Shown here piece by piece: positions 12,949 through 26,300 of a stretch of DNA of 64,000 bases; within the stretch, counting starts at the first letter, position 1, and every line of letters begins with the position of its first letter. The translations under genes and the position numbers were made by a program. The DNA is taken from positions 220,498,863 to 220,562,862 of the forward strand of contig NC_052151.1 in assembly GCF_902713615.1 (NCBI RefSeq), written 5' to 3'. Origin of the DNA: Scyliorhinus canicula. Lineage: Eukaryota. The notes beneath the pieces were generated by a model. It was not told the origin of the DNA. It saw nothing but the letters and a program-made list of their open reading frames with translations, and did not search any database.

Positions 12949-12987
12949 CACAGCCTTTCAGAATTCGGATCTGTAGCTACAAAAACC
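12949..12987 (+). other. 23-RSS
   Basis: CACAGCC + 23 nt + ACAAAAACC (consensus nonamer). Confidence 0.95.
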
Positions 12988-14049
12988 TGCATCATGTACG
13001 TGCAGTGTTCACCTTCCGCCATCGGGTGGCAGTAGTAGATTGATGTTCAGGGCAAGGAACTTTAGATAAATTTGGCGCAAACTAAGCCATCCGAACGCTT
13101 GTGCCCGTTCCAGTGCCATGAGAGCCAATGACGCGTCTCTTGAACAAGATCACACGGTTGGCCATTCAGACGCTATACTGGGTTTCGTTAGTGTGGTGGT
13201 TCCGCTACCTTTTTTATTATAATTAGCAAGGGTACCCAACAATATTATTCATTAAATCTTGACTTGAACTTCAATATCCATCGACATTGCTGGGAGTGGC
13301 GAGAGTCTGATTTTGAAATTCCGCCCCGACGTTCACATTTGGCACACAAAAACAAAATCATTGTTTCACCTGTTATTTTTTTTAGAAACATTTAAACGTC
13401 TTGATTAGTCCAGACTTCAATATTATAATATCAAGTGAAATGAAGCTGATTGTATTCAGCCTGCACCACCATTCAGATCCAGACTGTTCCATAGATTCGA
13501 CTGCAGGTTCAGAGTCTTGGCGCACTCACCATGAAAAGGGTTCAGATACCACCGTCACTGACATTTACATCTATATCGGTATTGTCTTCTTCAGGAAGGA
13601 AATAGTTGCGCACGTATGGCTGCAGGCACACATCAATATGGTGGAGTCTTTTCTGCTCTGTTAGACGGCCAAGGAAGCCATCAGAGCTGCCAAACCAATA
13701 AAGAATTACGTATTTTCAGTAAAATACAGACCTTTACCAATAGGAATTAGGGGTCAACATAGAGATATGCTTTACAGCTCACTATGCATATGCAGAACAT
13801 CAAATACTAATCTACTTTAATCCCATTTAAAAGCAGTTAACCAGTAGCCGACAATGGCTTGGCGATTTATGGGCTCTTCACTGTTGCGGGAGTACTTGCC
13901 TCTGCCATACTCTCAGGAAGCGCATCCCCTCTTTCCACCACTCGCCGGGTGAACGGAATGATTCCTCAGGTCCCCTGTAAACTTGAACTTAAACCTCTTC
14001 CTATCGGCTTTCGACAACTCTGCCATGGGCATATATTTTTAGATCAACC

Positions 14050-14900
14050 CTATATCTACCTCGAATAATAACTTATACGACGACCAGATGCCCTTTCAAT
14101 ATACTCTGCTCCAAGGATAACAACCTTGCATATCCAGTCTCTCCGCATAGTTGGAACTCTCTATCAGAGGCAACATCCCGCTGAGGCTCCTCTGTGCCGC
14201 CTCCAGTGAAACAAATGTTGTTGGATTATGTAGCGACCAGCAGTGCGCACAATATCCCATCTATGGTGAAAGCAATGTTTCATCAAGATTCATTCCCCCT
14301 TCTCCGATAATCAATGCCCCAACGAATGAAGGCAAATATTCCAATGCCTATTTTTTTACCACCCTATCTACCTGTGCCGCCACCTTGCGGTATATATGGA
14401 CTTGTATATCAAGATAGGTTTGTTCCTCAATATTGCTCAGGGTCCTACAGTTCATTGTGCATATACTTCACCCTTATTAGACCTCCCAATATGTATCACC
14501 TCACACTGATAAGGATTCAATTCCATCTGCCCGTACTCTGCCCAACATACCAGCTGATTAATACAGTCTGGAGCACAAGACTATCCTCCTCCCTATCAAC
14601 CACATCAGTAATTCTCGTATCACCTTCAAGTTAACTAATTATACAGTGTGAATTTACATCCAAGTTGTTAATGTACAAACGCAACCTACCACCCTTCGTC
14701 CCCTATTAACACGCTAATTTTAGATGTGATTTGCCAACCTGCCTTGGATCCCACGGGGCCTAACGTTTTGGACTATCATTCTATATGTCTCCTTGTCAAA
14801 GGCCTTTGTGATTTCCATTTAAAACACATCAGCTGTACGACACACATCATTATTGCTTACTAATGTGCGCAATCACTTCCAAGCCAGTGGCGCTGGAGTC
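14050..14900 (-). mobile_element. Old CR1 LINE fragment (paralog ~48480-49400)
   Basis: Reverse-strand CR1 RT C-terminal motifs shared by both duplicate copies. Confidence 0.6.
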
Positions 14901-15489
14901 CCACACAAGTGAATTGTGCAATAATCTGTGTAAAACTTTGCCGAAGTCATTGGCTCTTGATTCTCCAATAATTTAGATATTTGTAGGTTGATATACAATT
15001 ACTATTTACTTATAACAAAAAATTATGAAATATGGAGTAATTTCAGCTGGAAAGGAAGCAAGCTAACCTGCTACCCCCTTTCAACCTCCCCAACCTCTAC
15101 CCAAACACACACAACACAGACAAACGCAGAGGTGTAGAAAGGGGTAAAATAATAAGGATTAAGTTCTATAGGATAGGAGCCCTTGCTTCCGAAAATGAAT
15201 TATTTGCTGCAGGCGTTCCTCCCGGCATGCTGATGTATCGAAGTCACCAGTGTACAGTTATGATGGACATGTTGCAGGAACATCCATTCAGTACCCACAG
15301 TCAGTAAGATATCTTCTGGAAATAAACTTTAGCTTTTTCTAAACTGGACGTTAAACTCAAAAGTCTACTCTTGAATCCAGAGCTCTCTTAAGACTCTTTG
15401 CTTAGCATCAAACCAAGCAACCAGCCCGGGTTTTAATATCAATCTTTTTCAGTTTTAATAAAATGACATAATAATAATAGCTTATGGTC

Positions 15490-15640
15490 ACGAGTAGGTT
15501 TCGATGAAGTTACTGTGGAAAGCCCCTAGTCTCCTCATTCCGGCGTCTGCTCGAGAAGGCTGTTACGGGAATTGAACCCGCGCTGCTGGTATTGTCCTTA
15601 CAAGCCAGTGATTTAGCCCACTGTGCTAAAGCAGCTCCAT
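15490..15640 (-). mobile_element. tRNA-derived SINE
   Basis: cttatggtcacgagtagg...gggaattgaacccgcgctgctgg...cactgtgctaaa; same family at 17983, 22560, 39550, 61900. Confidence 0.8.
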
Positions 15641-16199
15641 CCAGGCTTTGTGGTGATAAATAACTTATCATATATTTAAAAGGGAGAGAGTTGATACTCC
15701 TCCACCCAACCTTCAGAATCCACACTAAATCGAAAATCAGTCTTATCACACAGAGAAACAATTTCGATAAATCGGATCCAATGACCACTCGTCAGCGGCA
15801 AAGCCCCGTATCGTGAGCCAGTTCATTCGTCACCAGCCACATAGTCACACTGAGTCGTCAATAATCTCACCTGTTTGTGTCAAAGGCGATGCCTGCATTA
15901 AAGTCACATGTCCATTAATCCTCCTGTGATCAAAATTGAAATAGTAATTAAAAAAAGAGAGGAAAAAGGGAAAAACAGCATTTAAAGAGTAGGTTGATTC
16001 CATACCTCTTCTTAAAAGGATGAAACTTGAGGACAAGAATGTTTCATTACGAAGAATGCACGACATGAAACACAAAGGCATACCCATCTAAATAACACCC
16101 ATTATACAAATACCCTTACAGCTCTTTACATTAGTAATGATTCAGCCTTTAATCACGCGGCAAAGCATCCGGTAACACATTATCGCTTCTCGGAATACT

Positions 16200-19100
16200 T
16201 AACTCTAGTTTTTATATGCCCAGAAGGCAGTGATTCGTGGGGAGCTGATATCCATCCGGGCACACAGGGAGAGGAGTGAGAGGAGTGGGAGGGATAGACT
16301 GGTGGGGTAGATCCTGGAGGTAGATAGGAGGTACGTGGAGGCACGACTGGAGGGATTGTTGGGGGAGTGGCGCAGCCTACAGGCTAAATTTGATTTGTTG
16401 ACCACTAGAAAGGCGGAGGCACAATGGAGGAAGCTACAAGGGGCAGTGTATGAACATGGTGAAAAGGCGAGAAGGATGCTGGCTCATCAGCTCCGCAAAC
16501 AGGATGCGGCTAGGGAAATTGCTGGAGTGAGAGATAAGAGAGGAATGTGGTGCGGAAGGGGGTAGAGGTGAATGAGGTCTTCAAAGACTTTTACGGGGAA
16601 CTGTACTGGTTGGAGCCAACGGTGGAGAGGAGGGGAATGGAGAGTTTTCTCGACGGGCTATCTTTACCGAAGGTGCAGGAGGAGCAGGTGGAGGGGCTGG
16701 GGGCGCCGATTGAGCTGGTGGAGCTGGTTAAGGGGATAGGGCAGATGCAGTCAGGGAACGCGCCGGGGCCGGATGGGTTCCCGGTGGAGTTTCATAAAAA
16801 GTTTGTGGACCTAGTGGGCCCCCTGCTGGTGTGGAAACTTAATGAAGCATGGGAAGGGGAGACTTTGCCCCCGACGATGTCGCTGGCGCTGATTTCTTTA
16901 ATCTAAAAGAGGGACAAGGACTCCCAGCAGTGTGGTTCATACAGGCCAATATCACTCCTTAATGTGAATGCCATGGAGCTGGCAAAGATCCTGGCCACCA
17001 GGATAGAGGACTGTGTGCCAGGAGTTGTACACGAGGACCAGACAGGTTTTGTTAAGGGAAGGCAGCTGAACACGAATGTGCGGAGGTTGTTGAATGTCAT
17101 CATGATGCCGGCGATTGAGGGGGAGGCTGAGATAGTGGTGGCGCTGGATGCGGAGAAGGGCTTCAATAGAGAGGAGTGGGGATAATTATGGGAGGTGTTG
17201 GGGAGTTTTGGATTTAGTGAACAATTTATTAGATGGGTGAGGCTGCTATATGAGGCCCCGATGGCGTGTGTGGCCACGAATGGGAGGGGGTCGGAGTACT
17301 TCAGGCATTATCGAGGGACCAGGCAGGGTTGCCCCCTATCCCCCTTGTTGTTTGCATTGGCAATCGAACCGTTGGCGATGGCGTTGAGGGATTCAGGAAG
17401 GTGGAGGGGTTTTGTGCGGGGTGGGGAGGAACATCGGGTGTTGTTGTATGCCGATGACCAGTTACTGTATGTGGCGGACCCGGTGGGAGGGATGCCGGGG
17501 GTGATGGAGCTGCTAGCTGAGTTTGGGACTTTTTCAGCCTATAAACTAAATCTAGGCACGAGTGAGGTGTTTGTGGTGCACCCTGGGGACAAGGAGGAGG
17601 GAATTGGTAGGCTCCCGCTCAGGAAGGCAGGGGAGAGTTTTAGGTACCTGGGGGTGCAGGTGGCCAGGGACTGGTGGACTCTTCACAAGCATAATTTTAC
17701 CAGGCTTGTGGATCAGATGGAGGAGTAGTTCAAGAGGTGGGCGATACGGCCATTGTCGTTGGCGGGGAGGGTGCAGTCCGTCAAAATGATGGTGCTTCCG
17801 AGGTTCTTGTTCCTCTTTCAGTGCCTGCCCATCTTCATCCCCAGGGCCTTCTTTAGGAGGGTGACTAGCAGTATTTTGAGCTTTGTGTGGGTGCATGGGA
17901 CTCCGAGAGTGAAGAGGGTTTTCCTGGAGCGAAGGAGGGATAGAGGCGAGCTGGCGCTACCCAACCTTTTGGGGTACTATTGAAAAAACATGAAATGAAA
18001 ATCGCTTATTGTCACGAGTAGGCTTCAATGAAGTTACTGAAAAGCCCCTAGTCGCCACATTCCGGCGCCTGTCCGGGGAGGCTGGTCCGAGGCTGGTATT
18101 GGGCGGCCAATGTGTCAATGATGCGTAAATGGGTGATGGAGGGGGGTTGGCGTGGAAAAGAATGGAGATGGCGTCTTGTTGAGGTACGAGCCTGGGTGCC
18201 ATGGTAACGGCGCCGTTGCCGCTCTCCACTAAGAGGGATACCACGAGCCCGGTGGTGGCGGCGACCCTAAGAATCTGGGGACAGTGGAGACGGCATAGGG
18301 GGGGAACAGGGTGCTCGATGGAGGCTCCATTAGGTGGAAATCATCAGTTCATCCCGGGGAACACTGATGATGGATTTAGGGTGTGGTATAGGTTGGGCAT
18401 CAGTAAATTGATGGACCTGCTTATAGGCGGGAGGTTTGCGGGTCTGGGGGAACTGAAAGATAAATTTGGGCTCCCCCAAGTGAACATGTTCAGATACTTG
18501 CATGTAAAGTCGCTTGCTAGGCGACAGGTGGAGGAATTTCATTTGCTGTCCTCGCGGGGGGCGATGGACATAGTGCTTTCGGGCGTGTGGGTCGGAGAGG
18601 GGAAGGTATCTGACATTTATAAGGTAATGCAGGAGGTAGAGGAGTCGTCAGTGGAAGAGCTGAAGGCTAAATGGGAGTGGGAACTATGGGAGCAGATAGA
18701 GGATGGGACTTGGGCGGATGCCTTGGAGAGGGTCAACTCTTCCTCTTCATGTGCGAGGCTTAGTCTCATCCAATTTAAGGTACTGCATCGGGCCCATATG
18801 TCTGAGACTCGGATGTGTAGGTTCTTTGGGAGTGAGGATAGGTGCACCAGGTGTTCGGGGAGTCCATTGGATCATGCCCTTATTTTCTGGGCATGCCAGG
18901 CACTGGAAGAATTCTGGAAGGGGGTGGCGGGGACTGTGTCGAGGGCGGTTGGATCCAGGGTCAAACCAGGTTGGGGACTCGCGATTTTTGGAGTTGTGGC
19001 AGAGCTGGGAGTGCAGGAGGCGAAAGGGGCCGTGTTTTGGCCCGGCGGAGGATAGATGCGAGGCCCCCCAAGTGTGGAGACCTGGATCAGTGACATGGCG

Positions 19101-19455
19101 GGATTTATAAAATTGGAGAGGGTCAAATTTGCCCTTAGAGGATCAGTGCAATGTGACTTGTTCTATAAACGGTGGCAGCCTTTTCTGAACTTTCTGGCTC
19201 TAAAATAGGTATCTTGGTCAATAGCAGCAGCAACCGGGGGGGGGGGGGGGGGGGAGGAGGGTGTTCTTTATTGTTCCTATTTTTTTCTATGGTTATTTAA
19301 CTTAATATTGTGTCCATTTAAGTTGTTGTTAATATGTTTTGTTGTTCCTTGAGGATGGGCGAATGTTTATGACTGCTATCATTATTGTTATTGTTGATAT
19401 TTTATTGCTGTTCGTTGTTGTTATATCAATACAACATTTTTCAATAAAAATATTT
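16200..19455 (+). mobile_element. 5'-truncated L1-clade LINE ORF2 (RT and C-terminus), decayed, A-rich tail
   Basis: PGPDGFPVEF, EDQTGFVKGRQ, GTRQGCPLSPLLFALAIEPLA, LYADD, FRYLGVQ; tail aataaaaatatttttt at ~19443. Confidence 0.93.
17983..18090 (-). mobile_element. Truncated SINE nested in L1 ORF2
   Basis: tgaaatgaaaatcgcttattgtcacgagtagg... interrupts the codons after PNLLGYY; L1 resumes gtattgggcggccaatg. Confidence 0.8.
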
Positions 19456-19483
19456 TTTTTTTATTCTCTAGTTTTTATAATGT

Positions 19484-20265
19484 GGAGATGCCGGCGTTGC
19501 TCTGGGGTGAGCACATGAAGGAATCTTGCAAAACCAGGTTAAAGTCCAACAGGTTTGTTTCAGACCACTAGCTTTTGCAGCACTGCTCCTTCCTCAGGCG
19601 AATGAAAAAGTACGTTTCAGAAACATATGTATAGACAAAGTGAAAGATGCAAGACGATACTTTGAATGCGAGCATTATCAGATAATTATGGTTTTACCGA
19701 TCGAGAGATGGGGATAATCCCAGGTGAAAGAGGTGTAAATTGTCTCAAGTCAGGAGAGTTGGTAGGATTTCGCAAGCTCAGGCCAGATGGTGGAGGGGGG
19801 GGGGGGGCGGTGAATGTAATGCCACATGAATCGAAGGTCCCGGTTGAAGCTGTAGTCATGTACATGGAACTTGTCCATAAGTTTCTGCTTAGCAATTCTG
19901 CCATGTCGCGCATCCTGCAGGCTGCCATGGACAACTCTTACCAGAAGATCACACGCTGAATGCCTTTGACTGGTGTTCACCGACTGGAAAGGAACTTTCC
20001 CGCCTGGCGATTGTAGCCAGATGTTTGTTCATCCGTTGTCACAGCGTCTGCATGGATCGCCAATGTACCATGCTTCTGGACATCCTTTCCTGCCGCATAT
20101 GAGGTAGACAACGTTGGCCGAGTCGCACAAGTATGTACCACCTACCTGGTCGGTGGTGTTCTCACATGTAATGGTGGGACCCACGTCGAACATCTGGCAT
20201 GTCTTGCAGGTATTGCCATGGCAGGGTTGTGTGGTGTCGTAGTCGCTGTTCTGAAGGCTGGTTAG
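19484..20265 (-). mobile_element. Penelope-like element 3' fragment (GIY-YIG)
   Basis: TQPCHGNTCKTCQ...TYLCDSANVVYLIC.RKGCPEAWYIG. Confidence 0.85.
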
Positions 20266-20339
20266 ATTGGAAAATGAGAGAAAGGAAAGAGAAAGAAAGA
20301 TAAATAGAGGGAGTAGTAGAACATCAAAGGGCAAGATAC

Positions 20340-21110
20340 TTCAAGCTTTGTGTGCTGGAAAACGGTGCAAAACCTCGTGGGGATCTTTGTCTCAGAACGG
20401 TGATGTGTTTAAACATACAGGTTCTCCTAAAATTTGAAGCGAAGGAGGTGGAAAAGATCTTTTGGATTTTTAAGAAAAGAGCAACGGTAATAGACTGGTC
20501 AAAAGCAAAGTGGACATTACCTCTGTAGATTAAATTTATGGGGCGGGCACAAGAGGTTTATGCTGCTTTATCGGAGCAGACATGTAAAGATTTTCAGATG
20601 GTGAAATAGCTGCATAGATATTGGTCCCAGAATCATATATTCAATGAATTCGGACTGCAATGAAACAACTGGGACAGGCTAATGTAGAATTTGAAGGGAT
20701 TAAGCAGCACAATTTTAGTAGGTGGTTACCAACATTAGGAGTTGACCGACCTATAATGCCCTGAGAGATTTCAATCTCTTAGAGGTGTTTGAGTTCCTTA
20801 CTTTCTGTAATACGAACCCATGTTGAAGAAAAAACTGCAAATAATGTAGCGATTAACGATTATCGGTTAATCGATAAATTTAAACATATGTTCGATCACG
20901 CCCATAATTTTGAAAAACGAAATAGGAAGTGGGAGAGTGAGAGGAAGGCAGCCAGCCAACGGAGGGAATGGATAGCTGAGGATGCTCCGATATCTTCTCC
21001 TCAGACCAAAAACGAAAGTGCTGTGCCTGGAGGAGAGCTTTGGAATCCTAAGTACCATCATTGCAATAATATGGATGCGTCCGCTCACCATGTTGGAAGT
21101 TGCATGGGAA
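20340..21110 (+). mobile_element. Decayed Gypsy-type gag remnant
   Basis: Broken frames resembling EKEVE.FF..F...W....W.L.L..K..GRA.EVYA.LSE, plus a degenerate CCHC knuckle (YHHCNN) near 21055. Confidence 0.55.
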
Positions 21111-22559
21111 ACCAATGGCACTTGTCAGGTTTCATAGTGTTTCAATACACTGTGCTAGAGCGTTGTTAATTCAAGGTCCCACCCCCGTTGACCCGAAGTC
21201 GCACATAAATCAATGAACAAATAGTTCGAATAAATTAAACGTGTATGTTAACTATAATATACTCTCTGTATTCATGTGTGAAACTGTACTTCATGCAAAA
21301 CAATACGTTTCACTGGACCTCGGTACACGTGTCAATAAATCAATCGAATCAACTTGTCAAAATATTTAGCCCTCGAGTGGTCGAATGACTTACAGGCATG
21401 AGATTTGTAAGTTAAATACGCAATCACTGTTGATGTACAAGAAAATATTTTAAAACGTTCATTAATTAAGCTAGAATTTCAGGCATTCCAATAACATCAG
21501 TTTTATTTTCACTGCTCTTTTAGAAGGCATCACTGATTGACATTATTCATTGAGATTAAACACTAATCTTGACACGAATTGATCTCACTCTTGTTGCCAT
21601 TATTCATACGGACAAGCACTGACTTTACTCATACTGTGAACACATATTGAGGTACATTATTGGTATTATTACTGCCAATTCAGATATAATAATGTCTTAT
21701 TGCCATGAGACATCAAGGTAAAGTTATCTGTTTCATTCGACAATTCCCTCTGAAAGGACAGAGCGAACCAATGAGTAATGTCATTTCTCTGCAACTATAC
21801 AAACGCCACGACCATATTCTTTGACAAATATTTAAGAATTGGAACTTACCGATAATTGTTTGACCTTCCAGCCGTCCCGTGACCGAATTGTGAGAAACAG
21901 CTGCAGCATTGGACAAGCTCCAGTCTCAGAACAAATGATTCATTTTGCGACTAACCCTCGGCTCAACTGCGCGGTAGAGACTGGAATGGAAGTTTTTCCT
22001 CCACCATGAACATTGGTCTGATTAAATACACAATAGAAGATCGATTGAGATTATCTGAAAGCACTTAAGGCCGAAGCATGTTGTTGAGTCTGATAAATGA
22101 TCTGCATGATTATCTGTTTTTCCCATTGCAACAGAAAATATCACGACAAACAAATAAACGCATTTACAGAGATGCTGTGCTTTTCAATCTCAGTTCTGTC
22201 AGTACCCCTCGGTTTGCCTGTCCACTTCATTCTCTTTTTGTCACTCTCTCCCTTTCTCACTCAGTTTGCACCTGTATTTCCCTTCGTCTTTATTTTGCAT
22301 CCCCTCAGCTCTGCCTGTGCCTGAGTCGCTTATTCTCTTTGTCTCACTATGTTTGTATCTCTATTTCGTATTCCATTTTGAACTCTGTTTCAGATCCGTC
22401 TGGGCCTGCCTCGATCCCTTTAACTCTCTCTCCCGATTTCCCACTCTTAAACACTATCTTCCACGTTCTGTTTTTCTGAATTTCTGTCAATCTCCCTATC
22501 TCCCTCTCATGCATACTGTCTCTCTGCGCGTGACTGTCTCCTGCTGATTTTAGACCGTT

Positions 22560-23035
22560 ATGAAATGAAATGAAAATCGCTTATTGTCACAAGCAGGCTT
22601 CAAATGAAGTTACTGTGAAAAGCCCCTAGTCGCCACATTCCAGCGCCTGGTCGGGGAGGCTGATACGGGAATCGAACCGTGCTGCTGGCCTGCCTTGGTC
22701 TGCTTTAAAAGTCAGCGATTTAGCCCTGTGCTAAAAAGCCAATGCACCGCGATAAGCACTGCTGCTTCACAACGCCAGAGACCCGGTTTGATTCCCGGCT
22801 TTGTTCACTGTTTGTGTGGAGTCTGCATGTTCTCCCTGTTTCTGCATGGGTTGCCTGTGCATCTCCAGTTCCCTCCCACACGTCCCGGAAACGAGCTTGT
22901 TAGGTGAATTGCACATTCTGAATCCGTCCTCACTGTACTCGAACAGGTGCCGGAGTGTGGCGACTGCGGATATTCACAGTGACCTAATTTGCAGTGCTAA
23001 TGGAAACCTAGTTGTGACACCAATAAAGATTAGTA
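22560..23035. mobile_element. Two adjacent SINEs in opposite orientation (minus 22560-22735, plus 22740-23035)
   Basis: Match to the two SINE families seen elsewhere in the window. Confidence 0.75.
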
Positions 23036-23304
23036 TCTCTCACACAATATCGCTGTAATGTGCCCCTCCGCCTTTTGCGTGCTAAACAGTTTTTTTTAAA
23101 CATGTTTTGATGCTTACAAGCTTCTCTGCAATATTTCCCAAACTCTGGGAACGATTGTCGACTTATCCAATAGTTAGCTTCCGCATCACTTAGCTTATAT
23201 TGAATTTGGTAAGGGCCACTAAGTTGAATTTTTGTGTGATGGCTGATACTGGCAAGAAGTCAAACACCTTTTCCCTCAGCAACGAAAAGGGAAGCCTTCG
23301 TCTT

Positions 23305-26300
23305 GTTTTTTTTGTGAAAATATATTATTAAGGCATAAATTATTTTAACAATTTTCAAATGGACAAAAATAACAAAGCAACTAACACACAACCAACCAAC
23401 TACCAGCCCCATCCTACGTGACTTACAAACATAATTCACCAATCCACATTTCCCACTAACTATTCTCAGCTCAACCAGCACCACCACGCCTCCGTCCTTC
23501 CTTTTAGCCCCCCCTTTTATGCTGATAGATTAATCTTCCCCAAAGTCGATAAATGGCTGCCACCGCCCGGCGACCCTACCATTGATCCCCTCAGGGCGAA
23601 CATGATTATCTCAAGCCTGAGAAACCAGCCATGTCACTAACCAATATCACCGATTTCAGGAGGTCCGAGTCCCTCAACGTCTTAAATAATCCATCTCCGG
23701 GCTACCAGGGAGGCAAAGGCCAAAACATCAACCTCTCTCACACCCTGCACTCCCGGGTCGTCTGAGACAGCAACAATCTGGACTCGGAAGCACTCGTACC
23801 TTCAATACTTTTGACATGACCTTGAGAAATCCCTGCCAAAAGCTTCAGGCATGCCCAAAACATGTGGACATGTTTTGCAGAGCCTCTCACACAACGCGTG
23901 CACCTATCCACCACACCTTCAAGGATCCTGGCCATATGGGTAACTGTCATATGCGCGCTGTGGACTATCTTAAATTGTATCAGGCTAAGCCTGGCACACA
24001 ACAAGGACACGTAGACTCTACTCAGGGAATCCTTTCAAAGCCCGCCTCTAATTCCCTGCTCAATTCTTCTTCCCGCTATCGCTTCAGCTCCCCTATCGGC
24101 CCCCTCCCATTCCAAGAGCTCTTTTAACATTTATAATACCTTCCTCTTCCCCATTCCCGTTTTCGACACAAACTTGTCCTGTATCCCGTGGGGCGTCAGG
24201 TCAGAAAGGACGTATCCTGCCTCCACGCAAAATCTCTCGCCGGCAACTAGCGGAGGCCATTCCCTCCGGGCAGCTCAAACCCCTCCTCCAAATAATCCAG
24301 ACGGAATGCTGCCATCGTTAAACACGTCCCCAAACCACTCGATCTTAGCTCACTGTCACCTTCGAAACTTCCATCAAGCCACCCCCCTTGCAAACCGTTG
24401 GTTTCCACAGATAGGTGTCCATACAGAAGCCCCCTCCACTCCCATATGCTTCTGACACTGTCCCCACAATGTCAGGGCAGCCACTACCACCGTACTTGTG
24501 GAGTACCGAGCCGGCGAAAATGGCAGAGGTTCCATTACCAGTGCCCCTCATGTTGTGCCCATATGTGAGGCCGAACCTACCCGCTCATACACCTACTACC
24601 CACTTCCTAACAATTAACTTGTTCGCTGCCCAGTAGTAGTTATCAAAATTCTGTAGGGCCAGACCCACCACCTCCCCCCCCTACACTCAACCCGCTCCAG
24701 CAGTGCATTCTCTATCGGCGGGGTTTTACCAGCCCCAGATATGACAGCATTCACCCTCTTAAAGAAAGCCTCGGGGTAAATATAGGCAAGCGCTGACATA
24801 TAAACAAAATCCTGAGGAGAATCGTAGTCTTTACCGTTTGCACACTTCCCGCTAGTGCCAACAAGAGCATATCCCACTCCTGAAGTCCTGCGTCATCTGC
24901 TCCACCTACCGAGCCAAATTCAGCTTGTGTAGCTGTTCCCCCACTCCGGCACCACATGGATACCTAAATACCGAAAGTTCCCTTCCACCACCTTAAATGG
25001 CATTAATCCTAATCACCTGTCTTGTCCTCTTGCTTTATTCACAAATACCTTGCGTGTGCCCATATTCAGTGTGTACATCGAAAACCGGCCGAATTCAGAT
25101 CGGATCTCCAGAAACTCTCCAATCCCCCTCCCCCTAAGCTGGTCAGAAATTTACAAAAGCAGGTCGTCCGCCTGAAGGAAGGACAGTGCTCCCTCTTGCC
25201 CACTATCACCTGCCAGTCCTCCGACGGTATCAAAGTCGGCACGTGGCTCGATGACCGAGGCAAACAACACTGGGGAGAGTGGACATCCCTGCCTCGTTCC
25301 CCTGGTGCAGCCTGATATTATCCGAGCTCACTTGGTTCGTCCGCGTACATGCCAGAAAGCAGCGGGCCCAGTCAGCAAAACTGTGCCCAAACCCGAACTG
25401 CCCCAAGACATCCCACAAATACCCTCACTCCACCAGATCAAAGACGTTCTCCGCATCCATGGCGACCACGAGCTCCACGCATCTTCCCTCGGAAAAATCA
25501 TAATCACATTCAACAGCATTCTAATCTTCGCCACTAAATGCCTCCCCTTCACAAACCCCGTATGGGCCTCCCCTCTCACCCTCGCACACAATCCTCTATT
25601 CCCGAGGTCAGGAGCTTGGCCATTAGCATGGCATCGAGATTTCGAAGAGAGATTGGCCTATGCGACCCGAATTGTTGCGGGTCCTGTACCCGATTCAGGA
25701 TGAGATAAATCGAGGCCTGTGACATAGTCGGCGGCAGCACACCTAGCTCCCTAGCCTCATTAAACACTTACCAGAAGTGCCCAGAACTCCTTAAACGTTT
25801 TTTTTTAGAACTCACACTGGGTAACCCTCCGATTCTGGAGCCTTGCGCGACTGCATCGCCTCCAACTCCTCCACAACGTCCACCAGCCCAATCAGGGCAC
25901 TTAGACACTCCACCTCCTCTTGTTCCACCCTCGTAAATTCCAGTATCTCCAAAAACCGCCTCATGGCCTCCACCCTGGCTGGGGATTCCGACACATAATC
26001 TGAAATAAAAGTCCCTAAACCCTGTTGAACCCCAGCGGGTCCAAGATCGTATTCCACCCTGTGTCATTTACTTTCCCAATCTCCTTCGCCGCCTCCCATT
26101 TTCTTGGCTGGTGTGGTAGCAGCCTATTAGCGTTCTCCCCATATTCGTACACCGCCCCGGCGCATTTGTCAAATGCCCCACCGTCTTCCCTGTTGATATT
26201 AACCCAAACTTCATCTGCAGCCTCTGCGGGTCCTTCAACAATCCAACCTCCGTGGCGTGGTCTCCGCCCGCTCGCCTTCTCCCTGTGTTCTTGTATCTAA

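Larger units (their letters stand above)
8350..13990 (+). repeat. Tandem duplication of a ~2.85 kb promoter-leader-V-RSS unit (8350-11200 and 11200-13990)
   Basis: Collinear similarity of promoter, leader, intron, V exon and 3' flank; third unit at ~44830-47950. Confidence 0.85.
950..16200 (+). repeat. Segmental duplication copy A (paralogous to ~30480-50480)
   Basis: Collinear similarity read by eye: 1050-1560~30600-31100; 2290-3490~36180-37375; 5000-6053~40840-41868; 7300-8190~43520-44340; 14050-16200~48480-50480. Confidence 0.85.
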
